From Sedimentisphaera cyanobacteriorum (GTDB lineage: Bacteria; Planctomycetota; Phycisphaerae; Sedimentisphaerales; Sedimentisphaeraceae): DNA of 32,000 nucleotides. A model generated the notes under the pieces. It ran no database searches. It was not told the DNA's origin and was given only the letters and a program-made list of their open reading frames with translations. Where the stretch lies: contig NZ_CP019633.1 of the NCBI RefSeq assembly GCF_001997385.1, positions 1,110,001 through 1,142,000 of the forward strand, written 5' to 3'. Position 1 is the stretch's first letter. The number at the start of each line of letters is the position of its first letter. This document shows, piece after piece, positions 18,190-25,685 of the stretch. A program made the translations under genes and the position numbers.

Positions 18190-18756
18190 TCAGAAGCTCA
18201 CTTCCGGGGCCTGACGCTCCTGCTCGTTTTCCACCTCGAAGTAGTTCCATTTAGTAAATCTGAAGATTCCTGCGACAATGTTCGAGGGGAACATTGAAAT
18301 TTTATTGTTGTACGTCATCGCCTGATCGTTATAGCCCTGACGTGCGAAAGCGATTTTGTTTTCAGTGCTTGTAAGCTCTTCCTGCAGAGCGAGGAAGTTT
18401 TGGTTGGCTTTGAGGTCCGGGTAGTTTTCCACTGTCAGCAGGAACTGGCTCATAGCCCCGTTGAGCTTCTGCTCAGCATCAATTTTTTCATTGACATTTC
18501 CTGCCCCGAGAGCCCTGCTCCTTGCATCCACCACGCCCTGAAGGGTCTGCTGTTCGTGTTTCATATATCCCTTGGCAGTTTCCACAAGGTTCGGTATCAA
18601 ATCATGCCTTCGCTTGAGCTGCACATCAATTTGAGACCATGCGTTTTTCACCTGATTGAGGAACCGCACAAGCGAGTTGTACATCCCAATCGCCCAAAGT
18701 ATGAGCAAAACCAAAACAACGCCAATTACAATAAGAACAATCTGCGAGGTGTCCAT
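18190..18756 (-). CDS. lemA: LemA family protein
   Basis: 188 aa with an N-terminal TM. YNSLV...VKNAWSQIDVQLKRRHDLIPNLVETAKGYMKHEQQTL is the canonical LemA pattern. An AGGAGA RBS is present. Confidence 0.9.
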   Translation of the reverse strand: MDTSQIVLIVIGVVLVLLILWAIGMYNSLVRFLNQVKNAWSQIDVQLKRRHDLIPNLVETAKGYMKHEQQTLQGVVDARSRALGAGNVNEKIDAEQKLNGAMSQFLLTVENYPDLKANQNFLALQEELTSTENKIAFARQGYNDQAMTYNNKISMFPSNIVAGIFRFTKWNYFEVENEQERQAPEVSF

Positions 18757-18797
18757 TTCATTTTCTCCTAAATAAGCAAACTATTATTAAACAGCTA

Positions 18798-19172
18798 TTA
18801 TTTTTTTTCAAGATCTTCAAACATACTCTTCAAAAGAGAAGCGATTCTGCTTTCAGGACCTGAGGCAGCTAAGATCACCTGATGCAGCTCGCCTTCATCA
18901 AACCAGAGCCCGTGCCCAGCGGGGCAGGAGTCTATAAGCACCTTTTCGCTTCCCATATATACCTTTTTCATTTTACGCATACAAATCGGGCAGCGAAGGC
19001 TCTTTTCGCCCACTTCAGCCTTCTCAAGGGCAAGAGATTCGCCCGCCTCGCCCAGCAGAAGCTCAAGCTCGCCGCTGTCGAGCCAGATTCCGCTGCACTG
19101 CGCGCAGTAGTCTATCTCAACCTCATCGAGCTCAAGGATAATCATCGGTTCTTTACATACCGGACATTCCAT
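18798..19172 (-). CDS. Double zinc-ribbon protein (zf-TFIIB-like, two copies)
   Basis: Two copies of CPxC...C(x2)C/H.G.W.D.GEL: MECPVCKEPM...YCAQCSGIWLDSGELELLL and LRCPICMRKM...SCPAGHGLWFDEGELHQVI. Confidence 0.7.
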   Translation of the reverse strand: MECPVCKEPMIILELDEVEIDYCAQCSGIWLDSGELELLLGEAGESLALEKAEVGEKSLRCPICMRKMKKVYMGSEKVLIDSCPAGHGLWFDEGELHQVILAASGPESRIASLLKSMFEDLEKK

Positions 19173-19253
19173 ATATCAGCCTTTAACAAGAAACTATAAC
19201 AGTTTATTATAACAAAAACAGTATTTCTTAATACGCCAAATACAAATTGCAGT

Positions 19254-20219
19254 TCAAACCCATATCTCAGAATCGTATCTGTACATCTTGAGCCCCTCCT
19301 GAAAACTTTGACATGCTTCGCTGCGGCCATCCGACAGCTCCTGCATAATCCAAAGCGGATAGTCTGCCCCAGCCCTGAATGTGAGCGGTGCGCCGCCTCC
19401 GAACCTTGCGTTTATCTCAATAAAATACATCTGGCCTTCGGGAGTTTTTATAAGCTGAACGGTAAGCACGCTCTGGCCCGGGCGGAGCGTTGCTGCAAGA
19501 ATTCGGCACTGGGATATGATTTCTTCATCGCAGGCGGTTTGGCCAATGCTAACCTCCCCTGCCCGAACAGAAATTCTTCTTCTCGGCACAACGCAGCGAA
19601 CTTCATTATCCTGTGATGTAAAGATATCGCACGTATATTCGATGCCTGAGATGTACTCCTGAATAATGCTGTTCGGGATTTTTTTTGCGTAAAACAGCAG
19701 CTCTTCCCTGCCTGCAGCTAAAACCGTGTTCGTGCTTGCAGACCCGTCCCAAGGCTTAATGAAAAACTCATTGTCGTTTGAAAGAGCCGCCTGATCTAAA
19801 GTGAAAATCTTTGGGCAGTTCAGTCCTGCAGACCGGAGAAAATCAAGGGTTTTCCTTTTATCCCTTGCAATCTGAACTGCGGGAAGATTGGGCACAAAAA
19901 CCGTGCAGCCGGCATCTTCAAATCGGGCTCTGTTCTCAGCGAGCAGAAGCAGATCCAGATCAATAGTTGGAATAAGCAGGTTTATATTTTCCGCTCTCAC
20001 GATTTCCAGAAGCTCATCGAGATAAGAATCCGCATAAACAGGGCTCACCCTGAAGGCCTTGTCGCACGCCTGACCTGCAGCGCAGTCTTCCCCGCGCATA
20101 TCAGCCCCGTTTACTGTAACCTTGAAACCGCCCTTTTGCCCAGCCTGTCTGAAAGATTCAGCGAGAGATACCCGCCTTCCGCAGGAGGTGAAAAGTATAT
20201 TAAAACCGTCTTTGAGCAT
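19254..20219 (-). CDS. ATP-grasp domain protein (carbamoyl-phosphate-synthase-like short form), substrate unknown
   Basis: N-terminal ILFTSCGRRVSL. The central FIKPWDGSAS..., IIQEYISGIEYTCD and C-terminal YFIEINARFGGG are typical ATP-grasp blocks. The ATG at 20219 is preferred over the GTG at 20222. Confidence 0.7.
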   Translation of the reverse strand: MLKDGFNILFTSCGRRVSLAESFRQAGQKGGFKVTVNGADMRGEDCAAGQACDKAFRVSPVYADSYLDELLEIVRAENINLLIPTIDLDLLLLAENRARFEDAGCTVFVPNLPAVQIARDKRKTLDFLRSAGLNCPKIFTLDQAALSNDNEFFIKPWDGSASTNTVLAAGREELLFYAKKIPNSIIQEYISGIEYTCDIFTSQDNEVRCVVPRRRISVRAGEVSIGQTACDEEIISQCRILAATLRPGQSVLTVQLIKTPEGQMYFIEINARFGGGAPLTFRAGADYPLWIMQELSDGRSEACQSFQEGLKMYRYDSEIWV

Positions 20220-20342
20220 CACTAACCCTTAAAATCACTGTCATTGCGGGTTATTTTAGCTTTTTATGCCCATTTGGCAATATCGATAAAAAACTCAAAG
20301 ACTTAATATTCTTAATATGGTTATTTAAAATATGGAACGGGT

Positions 20343-21119
20343 TTAGAACTCTTCTTGCCAGTTTACTGCAAGATTCGCAAAATCTTCCATATTAACTGCA
20401 CCGTCTCTGTTGGTATCAGCACGTTCATAAAAATCATTAACTGAAGAAGCCTGATTTCTAAGCCAAACTGCAGACAGCTCGAGCAAATCTAACAAATCCA
20501 CTTTACTGTCAACAGCCAGATCACCCAGCAAAGGTTCAGCATTGAAAACCAAAGTAAAAGGTTCAGAAGACTCATACTTGCCTTCAGAATCTGTCATCTT
20601 CCAAGTAACCCAATACAAACCGGTCTGATCAACAGCCTGAAAAGAAAGGTGCATATGCGGATCGTTTCTAAGCTCATGGATTTCGCTATGGCTGAAAGAC
20701 TGCTCGGCTTGACTAATAGTGAAAGATGGATAGTTTTTGTGCACAACCCTCAACCCCGTAGATATTGAAATGCACTCTATACTAATCTTATAATCCTCAT
20801 CAGGACTGCCATTAAGGGCTCTCTGCGGGTCATAGGTATAGCCTGCATCGGGGTTTGTCTGCTGGAATTGATCGAAACCGGGCTCACCAATACGCCATTT
20901 ATAGCTCGGAAAAATACTTTCTGTAAGCAAGTAATACCAGCCTGTTGAGCTGCGGTATTTTTGGCGGCAGTCTGCAAAGAGCCTGTTATCGTCTTCTGTG
21001 TCTGCGATGCCGTCCTCATTTACTCCTATAATAATATGATCCAAAGGGCATTCCGCAGAAGCTGCTGAAAATGTCAGCAGAAATAATGAAACTGAAAGAA
21101 GTATTTTTTTGAATTTCAT
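20343..21119 (-). CDS. Secreted protein, paralog of 21896..22714, with dockerin-like C-terminus
   Basis: Signal peptide MKFKKILLSVSLFLLTFSAASA, then ECPLDHIIIGVN. The C-terminal DLAVDSKVDLLDLLELSAVW ... ADTNRDGAVNMEDFANLAVNW resembles two dockerin-type repeats. A GAGGA RBS is present. Confidence 0.7.
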   Translation of the reverse strand: MKFKKILLSVSLFLLTFSAASAECPLDHIIIGVNEDGIADTEDDNRLFADCRQKYRSSTGWYYLLTESIFPSYKWRIGEPGFDQFQQTNPDAGYTYDPQRALNGSPDEDYKISIECISISTGLRVVHKNYPSFTISQAEQSFSHSEIHELRNDPHMHLSFQAVDQTGLYWVTWKMTDSEGKYESSEPFTLVFNAEPLLGDLAVDSKVDLLDLLELSAVWLRNQASSVNDFYERADTNRDGAVNMEDFANLAVNWQEEF

Positions 21120-21138
21120 AATTTTTCCTCAAAATTTT

Positions 21139-21894
21139 TTACGGGTTTTCAGGCCATTTTGGCGCCGATTCAGGATACCAGAAGCATTTATCAGGCCAAG
21201 CATAAGTTGATTCAAACTCGAGAGTTTCTGCATGACCGTCAACGAATAGATAATTTGATTTTCCTATATGCCTGTCCCAAGCAATGAACTTTTTAGCATA
21301 CTCAACTGATCCTTCCCAAGATTCTGGATGGATATGATCTGCCAAATGGAAATTTTTCGTATTCGGCGCTTCGCTTATCCAAATGCAGTGCATGGGTTTA
21401 TGTATTGAGTCAATACTGTTGTATATGTTCGAGTCCCCTTTGTACCTGTAATTCACAGGGTCAAGAAGCGCATTTACTGCAAAGCTGGAATACCTTCTGC
21501 TTTTCTGCTGCTCCAAGGGCAGGCTCCAGTCCACGAAATTATCTGCCTTATCGCTCGGACAGCGAAATAGAAGCTGCTCGCCTGTATAGTCAGACAAAAC
21601 CTTAAGCCAATAATCATCTGGATTTGTTATATGGCAGGAACTTGGAGGTAAATTGTTGTTATGGTCTATCAAATAAGACTGTACAGCTATCCCCATCTGC
21701 CTCATATTGCTCCTGCATACAACCTTTTTTGCCCGCTTTCTTGCAGCATTCAATGCGGGCAGAAGAATCCCTAAAAGCAGGGCAATAACCGAAATAACCA
21801 CAAGAAGCTCAATTAGACTGAAACCCTGAGCTCTTCCTGCGATATTTTTTATATTGCCCTGCCGAGCCGTCTTATGATTCGTTAAGCTCTTCAT
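21139..21894 (-). CDS. Prepilin-type N-terminal cleavage/methylation domain protein with H-X9-DG motif (DUF1559-like pseudopilin)
   Basis: From the ATG at 21894: MKSLTNHKTARQGNIKNIAGRAQG|FSLIELLVVISVIALLLGILLPAL is a class III signal (G-1, E+5). The C-terminal HIGKSNYLFVDGHAE fits H-X9-DG exactly. The ORF-track N-terminal extension overlaps the upstream gene. Confidence 0.85.
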   Translation of the reverse strand: MKSLTNHKTARQGNIKNIAGRAQGFSLIELLVVISVIALLLGILLPALNAARKRAKKVVCRSNMRQMGIAVQSYLIDHNNNLPPSSCHITNPDDYWLKVLSDYTGEQLLFRCPSDKADNFVDWSLPLEQQKSRRYSSFAVNALLDPVNYRYKGDSNIYNSIDSIHKPMHCIWISEAPNTKNFHLADHIHPESWEGSVEYAKKFIAWDRHIGKSNYLFVDGHAETLEFESTYAWPDKCFWYPESAPKWPENP

Positions 21895-21895
21895 T

Positions 21896-22714
21896 TCAAC
21901 GTCTTCTTCTAAGCAGCCACATGCCGCCCGCACTGATAAAGGATAGTGATATTGGCTCAGGCACTGTAACAAATGAGAATTCATAATCATCGGAAGCACT
22001 GTACAATCCACCTTCATCATAAGCAGAAAAAGTTGCAGTAACCTCCTGCCCCATCTCGGGAGTAAGCCAGAAATTAAAGGTCATATGGTCATGAATACCC
22101 CATGCATTTTTCTCGTCCAGCCACTTCTTGGAAAGCTGATAGCTGTCTCCATCCTCCATAAGTGCAGGAGTGTCGTTGGGAAGAAGCATAAAGAAGTCTT
22201 CGGAGGCTACAGAAGTATCTTCTCGTTTGAGAAAAATGTCCCATTCGGGTGTTATGTTCTGGTTTACACTGTCCAAATTCCATTTTCCCTGAGGCCCGTG
22301 CGCAGAATGCCAACCGTCGAGATGCTGAACACCTCCGGGATCGCCGTATCCGCCTGCTTCACTGTACATAAAGCTGCTTGACCACAGCTGTTTCCCTGAA
22401 GAACCGCCCTTCATAACGGGCGAGCCGCCATCCATTACCGGAGTGAGCCTTAGGAATGTACTCCCGTCTGCATTGCTCCATTGAGGCCAGCCGGGAGTAG
22501 ACGCTTTGGGGTGAGAAGGCGGCAGAGAAAAAAACCAAAGCTTATTATTATCTGCTGAATTTGTATCTTCAGCAAGCTCAGAGCTGCTAGGTGCAGACCA
22601 GTCCGGTCTCCAAGTTGGATTTACTCCTATATGAGTATGAGCCAAAGGACAATCTGCATATCCTGAAGATATAAACAGACAAAACAAAAACGACGCCAAT
22701 ATCTTAAATTTCAT
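21896..22714 (-). CDS. Secreted PEP-CTERM sorting-domain protein, paralog of 20343..21119
   Basis: Signal peptide MKFKILASFLFCLFISSGYA, then DCPLAHTHIGVN. The C-terminus VPEPISLSFISAGGMWLLRRRR is PEP + TM + Arg cluster, the PEP-CTERM pattern. An AGGAGA RBS is present. Confidence 0.8.
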   Translation of the reverse strand: MKFKILASFLFCLFISSGYADCPLAHTHIGVNPTWRPDWSAPSSSELAEDTNSADNNKLWFFSLPPSHPKASTPGWPQWSNADGSTFLRLTPVMDGGSPVMKGGSSGKQLWSSSFMYSEAGGYGDPGGVQHLDGWHSAHGPQGKWNLDSVNQNITPEWDIFLKREDTSVASEDFFMLLPNDTPALMEDGDSYQLSKKWLDEKNAWGIHDHMTFNFWLTPEMGQEVTATFSAYDEGGLYSASDDYEFSFVTVPEPISLSFISAGGMWLLRRRR

Positions 22715-22815
22715 AGTAATCTCCTATACTAATTTTTAGCAGTATTTATGCGCAGCCTGAGAATTCCTGATTTATCAGGCTGTTGTTGGTGTTTGAATAA
22801 ATAATTGCAGCAGTG

Positions 22816-23112
22816 TTAGTATGGAGGAGCTCGGGGATTGATACTGATCAGCTGGATTTGCTCAATCAGGTTTTGTGAGATGATTTCCACTTCCAGTGAG
22901 ATATAATGCTGAAAGATTACAACATCCGGAAAAGCCTCAATGATTTTTCCAGGACTGATTAATAATTGCTGGCAGATTGGGCAGTGGCCGCAGTCGTGCT
23001 CAGATGAATCTGCAAGAAAAAGGTGCCATATAAATAATGTTCCGCTTAAATTAGCGAAAAACAATACCAAAGCGGCAATACATAATAATTTTTTGGTATT
23101 ATTTATTCTCAT
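22816..23112 (-). CDS. Small membrane-anchored protein with His/Cys cluster (putative metal-binding), unknown family
   Basis: 98 aa with N-terminal TM LLCIAALVLFFANLSGTLFIWHLFL followed by EHDCGHCPICQQ (22972..22998). The start overlaps the Fur-family gene end by 14 nt. Confidence 0.55.
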   Translation of the reverse strand: MRINNTKKLLCIAALVLFFANLSGTLFIWHLFLADSSEHDCGHCPICQQLLISPGKIIEAFPDVVIFQHYISLEVEIISQNLIEQIQLISINPRAPPY

Positions 23113-23548
23113 ATAATCCCTGAGCGAAGCATTCCGGCCCTATGCCTTCAATTACAGTTTTCTGCCTCAGAAATACCAAATCATCCCTTCGGCTTTCTAT
23201 GAGAGGGATTTTTTCGTCATAAAGGCAGATTACCCTGCCGCATTTTATGCACTTAAAGTGCGGATGACACTGATGTTTGCTGCATCTGTCGGCCAGTTCA
23301 TATTCACAATCGCGTTTATCAAGATAAGCCTTGTGAACAAGGCCCTTTTCACAGAACCTCTCAAGGATTCTGTAAACCGTAACCTTATCAATTTTTCGTG
23401 AGCCTAATGCACTTATTATATCACCCCTCGCCAATGGATTCTCAGCGCTGAGAAGAACTTTTAAAACTTTAATCTGTGATTTAGTACAGTTCAGCCCGTA
23501 TTCTTTCAGCGTCTTCTCCGGACTATCATTTTTTCTTCTTAAATCCAT
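23099..23548 (-). CDS. Fur-family transcriptional regulator
   Basis: Winged-helix part TKSQIKVLKVLLSAENPLARGDIISAL...KVTVYRILERFCEKGLVHK, and metal site HQCHPHFKCIKCGRV (HxHxxCxxC). The ATG at 23548 (MDLRRKN) has an AGGA 8 nt upstream. Upstream alternative starts fall inside the palindrome. Confidence 0.8.
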   Translation of the reverse strand: MDLRRKNDSPEKTLKEYGLNCTKSQIKVLKVLLSAENPLARGDIISALGSRKIDKVTVYRILERFCEKGLVHKAYLDKRDCEYELADRCSKHQCHPHFKCIKCGRVICLYDEKIPLIESRRDDLVFLRQKTVIEGIGPECFAQGLYENK

Positions 23549-23565
23549 AGTTTTTCCTGTTAGCA

Positions 23566-23590
23566 TAAAATGCAATATAGTTGCATTTTA
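23566..23590. promoter_or_regulatory. Perfect 10-5-10 inverted repeat, candidate operator upstream of the Fur-family gene
   Basis: TAAAATGCAA-tatag-TTGCATTTTA, 18 nt upstream of the preferred Fur start codon. Confidence 0.45.
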
Positions 23591-23717
23591 CAGCAAAAAA
23601 ACTCTAACTCAAGAAAAAATTAAATCAAAAACAGCTTGTAATATGAGATGCAGTTAAATGCCAGAAAAGCAATCCGGCCTCAGTTTTACTGAAAGCTTTC
23701 TGTCAGCATAAAGCGGT

Positions 23718-24986
23718 TTATTCTGCTCTGAGCACTTCGATAGGGTTCTGCTTTGCGGCTTTCATAGCGGGGTATGTACCGAAAACGATACCGATAGAGC
23801 ATGCAATAGCAAACGCAACTATCATAATCCAGTATGAATAAACGACCGGCCAGCCTGCATAGTAAGAGACAGACTCTGCGAGGCCTATGCCCGTAGCAAT
23901 CCCCACAACAGACCCGAGGGCAGTTAGGGTAACCGTTTCCACGAGGAACTGGAGAAGTATATCTTCCTTTTTTGCACCAAGAGCTCTTCTTGTGCCGATC
24001 TCTTTGCGTCTTTCGTAAACGCTTGCGAGCATAATATTCATAATCCCCACCCCGCCTACAATAAGCGAGATGCCGGCTATCGAGCCCATTACCACGGTAA
24101 ATATCTGCTGGGTTTTCTGCCTCTGCTTAAATAGCGAAAACGGCACTATAACCTCCCAGTCTTTCTGATCCTTATGAACCTTTACCATATAGTTCTTTAA
24201 TCTTCTGGCCGTATTGTTTATGAACTTAAGCTCTTTTACCTTCGCTATTATCAAATCATAATGAACAACGGTAATATTAACGCTTAGTCTCTTCATATCA
24301 TACGAATAACCGTCATAGAGATCGGTAATAGTTTTCTGCGGCGCAATTATCATATCGTTGACGCTTCCCAGATTCGCCAGCTCAGAGCCTGAGGAGTCTT
24401 CGATTTCTCCAACTACCCTCCAGATCGAGTTTTTTGCCCTTATGGTTCTGCCAATAACATTTCTGCAGTCAAGGCCGAAATACTTCCTCTTAACATTCTT
24501 GCCCACAACGCATATTCTTGACTGAGTTTCTGCATCTACAGGTGAGAGCCATCTGCCTCTTATAAGCTCGGCTGATGTGGAATCCAGAAATGTTCTCTCC
24601 GCTCCAACCAGCTTCAAATCGAGCAGTGCAGTTCCTGAACGCACCTCCATTCTCGTATCAGTTACAGTTGTGATTTTGTCGATATTATCAAGCATACGAA
24701 AATGCTGCAGGTCTTTATCTGTGATGCCGAACTGCTCAACCATACTCTGATTCTGCCCGGAAGTTTCACTGCCCACATCAGAAGGCTTTTTGCTGTAAAC
24801 GATAATGTTCTCAATACCCATAGACTGAATCTGCGCGAGGGACTCCTCACGGGCTCCTTCAGATATGGCAAGCATAGCTATCACGCTGGCAGTGCCGAAA
24901 ATAACACCCAGAGAGGTAAGCCCGCTTCTAACCTTATGCTTGAAGAGATTATGCAGGGAAAGGCCGTATAGATCACTGAGTTTCAT
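23718..24986 (-). CDS. ABC transporter permease, MacB/FtsX family with large periplasmic domain
   Basis: From the ATG at 24986: MKLSDLYGLSLHNLFKHKVRSGLTSLGVIFGTASVIAML, then a ~230-aa periplasmic region. The FtsX block RRKEIGTRRALGAKKEDILLQFLVETVTLT is present. The gene overlaps the ATPase gene by 14 nt. Confidence 0.85.
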   Translation of the reverse strand: MKLSDLYGLSLHNLFKHKVRSGLTSLGVIFGTASVIAMLAISEGAREESLAQIQSMGIENIIVYSKKPSDVGSETSGQNQSMVEQFGITDKDLQHFRMLDNIDKITTVTDTRMEVRSGTALLDLKLVGAERTFLDSTSAELIRGRWLSPVDAETQSRICVVGKNVKRKYFGLDCRNVIGRTIRAKNSIWRVVGEIEDSSGSELANLGSVNDMIIAPQKTITDLYDGYSYDMKRLSVNITVVHYDLIIAKVKELKFINNTARRLKNYMVKVHKDQKDWEVIVPFSLFKQRQKTQQIFTVVMGSIAGISLIVGGVGIMNIMLASVYERRKEIGTRRALGAKKEDILLQFLVETVTLTALGSVVGIATGIGLAESVSYYAGWPVVYSYWIMIVAFAIACSIGIVFGTYPAMKAAKQNPIEVLRAE

Positions 24987-25662
24987 AATCCGCTTCCACC
25001 TTCCCGTCTCTGAGATACACAACCCTGTCGAAAAAACTCTCGTACTCGGGGTTGTGTGTTACTGCGATAATAGTTGTTCCGTTTTCATTGAGCTCCCGGA
25101 ACAGATCCATAACTTCATTCCCTGTATTCTCGTCAAGATTACCCGTAGGCTCATCTGCAAGAATGAAAGTGGGGCTGTTGGATAGAGCCCTCGCTATTGC
25201 CACTCTCTGCCTCTCGCCTCCTGATAGCTCGTAGGGGCGGTGCTTGAGCCTGTGGCCAAGACCCAGACGCTCAGCCAGTTCCTCAGAGATTTTTCCCCGC
25301 TTCCTTTTTTGCATATTACCGTAAACGAGGGGCACCTCAATATTCTGAGCAACACTGAGATAACCGAAAAGGTTGAAGCTTTGAAAGATGAAACCGATTT
25401 TTTTGTTTCGCAGCTCTGCGAGCTTTCTGTCTCCAAGGGTGCTTGTATTGGAGCCTTCAAGGCTGTAGCTTCCTTTTGTGGGCAAATCAAGGAGACCCAG
25501 CACGTTCAGCAAGGTTGATTTGCCGGAGCCGGAGGCCCCCATAATCCCAAGATACTCTCCAGAATCTACAGAAAAGTTTATCCCCTTGAGCACCGGAACG
25601 TTTCTTGACTTGGAGATCTGGTAGCTTTTATGGATTTCACTGAGCTCTATAACAGAGTTCAT
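24973..25662 (-). CDS. ABC transporter ATP-binding protein (MacB/LolD-type)
   Basis: Walker A GASGSGKST, signature LSGGERQRVAIARAL, Walker B ILADEPTGNLD. Confidence 0.95.
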   Translation of the reverse strand: MNSVIELSEIHKSYQISKSRNVPVLKGINFSVDSGEYLGIMGASGSGKSTLLNVLGLLDLPTKGSYSLEGSNTSTLGDRKLAELRNKKIGFIFQSFNLFGYLSVAQNIEVPLVYGNMQKRKRGKISEELAERLGLGHRLKHRPYELSGGERQRVAIARALSNSPTFILADEPTGNLDENTGNEVMDLFRELNENGTTIIAVTHNPEYESFFDRVVYLRDGKVEADYETQ

Positions 25663-25685
25663 TGTCTTCTCACACTCAATTAATT

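Noticed and set aside
18170-18250. Extended HigA ORF start (18250) and possible HigB remnant
   Set aside because: The extension overlaps the lemA 3' end in another frame and lacks an RBS, whereas the ATG at 18169 has GAGGTG upstream. The 20-nt gap cannot hold a toxin gene, and I saw no RelE/HigB-like sequence.
20302-20318. Tandem direct repeat CTTAATAT-T-CTTAATAT upstream of the ATP-grasp gene
   Set aside because: It is short and AT-rich in an AT-rich spacer, and easily arises by chance. There is no partner regulator or further copies in the window.
21895-22020. N-terminal 42-aa extension of the pseudopilin ORF (start 22020)
   Set aside because: The extension overlaps the C-terminal PEP-CTERM coding region of the upstream gene. 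It would also place about 65 residues before the class III signal cleavage site. The ATG at 21894 gives a normal 24-residue prepilin leader.
22753-22782. Hairpin CAGCCTGA-14 nt-TCAGGCTG between the small Cys/His ORF and the PEP-CTERM gene
   Set aside because: It could be a terminator for the Fur operon. On the transcribed (minus) strand, however, it is not followed by a U-tract and the loop is long. The evidence is too weak to call.
24662-25518. Several 60-106 aa ORFs on both strands within the ABC ATPase and permease genes
   Set aside because: They overlap genes with unambiguous Walker/signature/FtsX motifs and have no motifs of their own.
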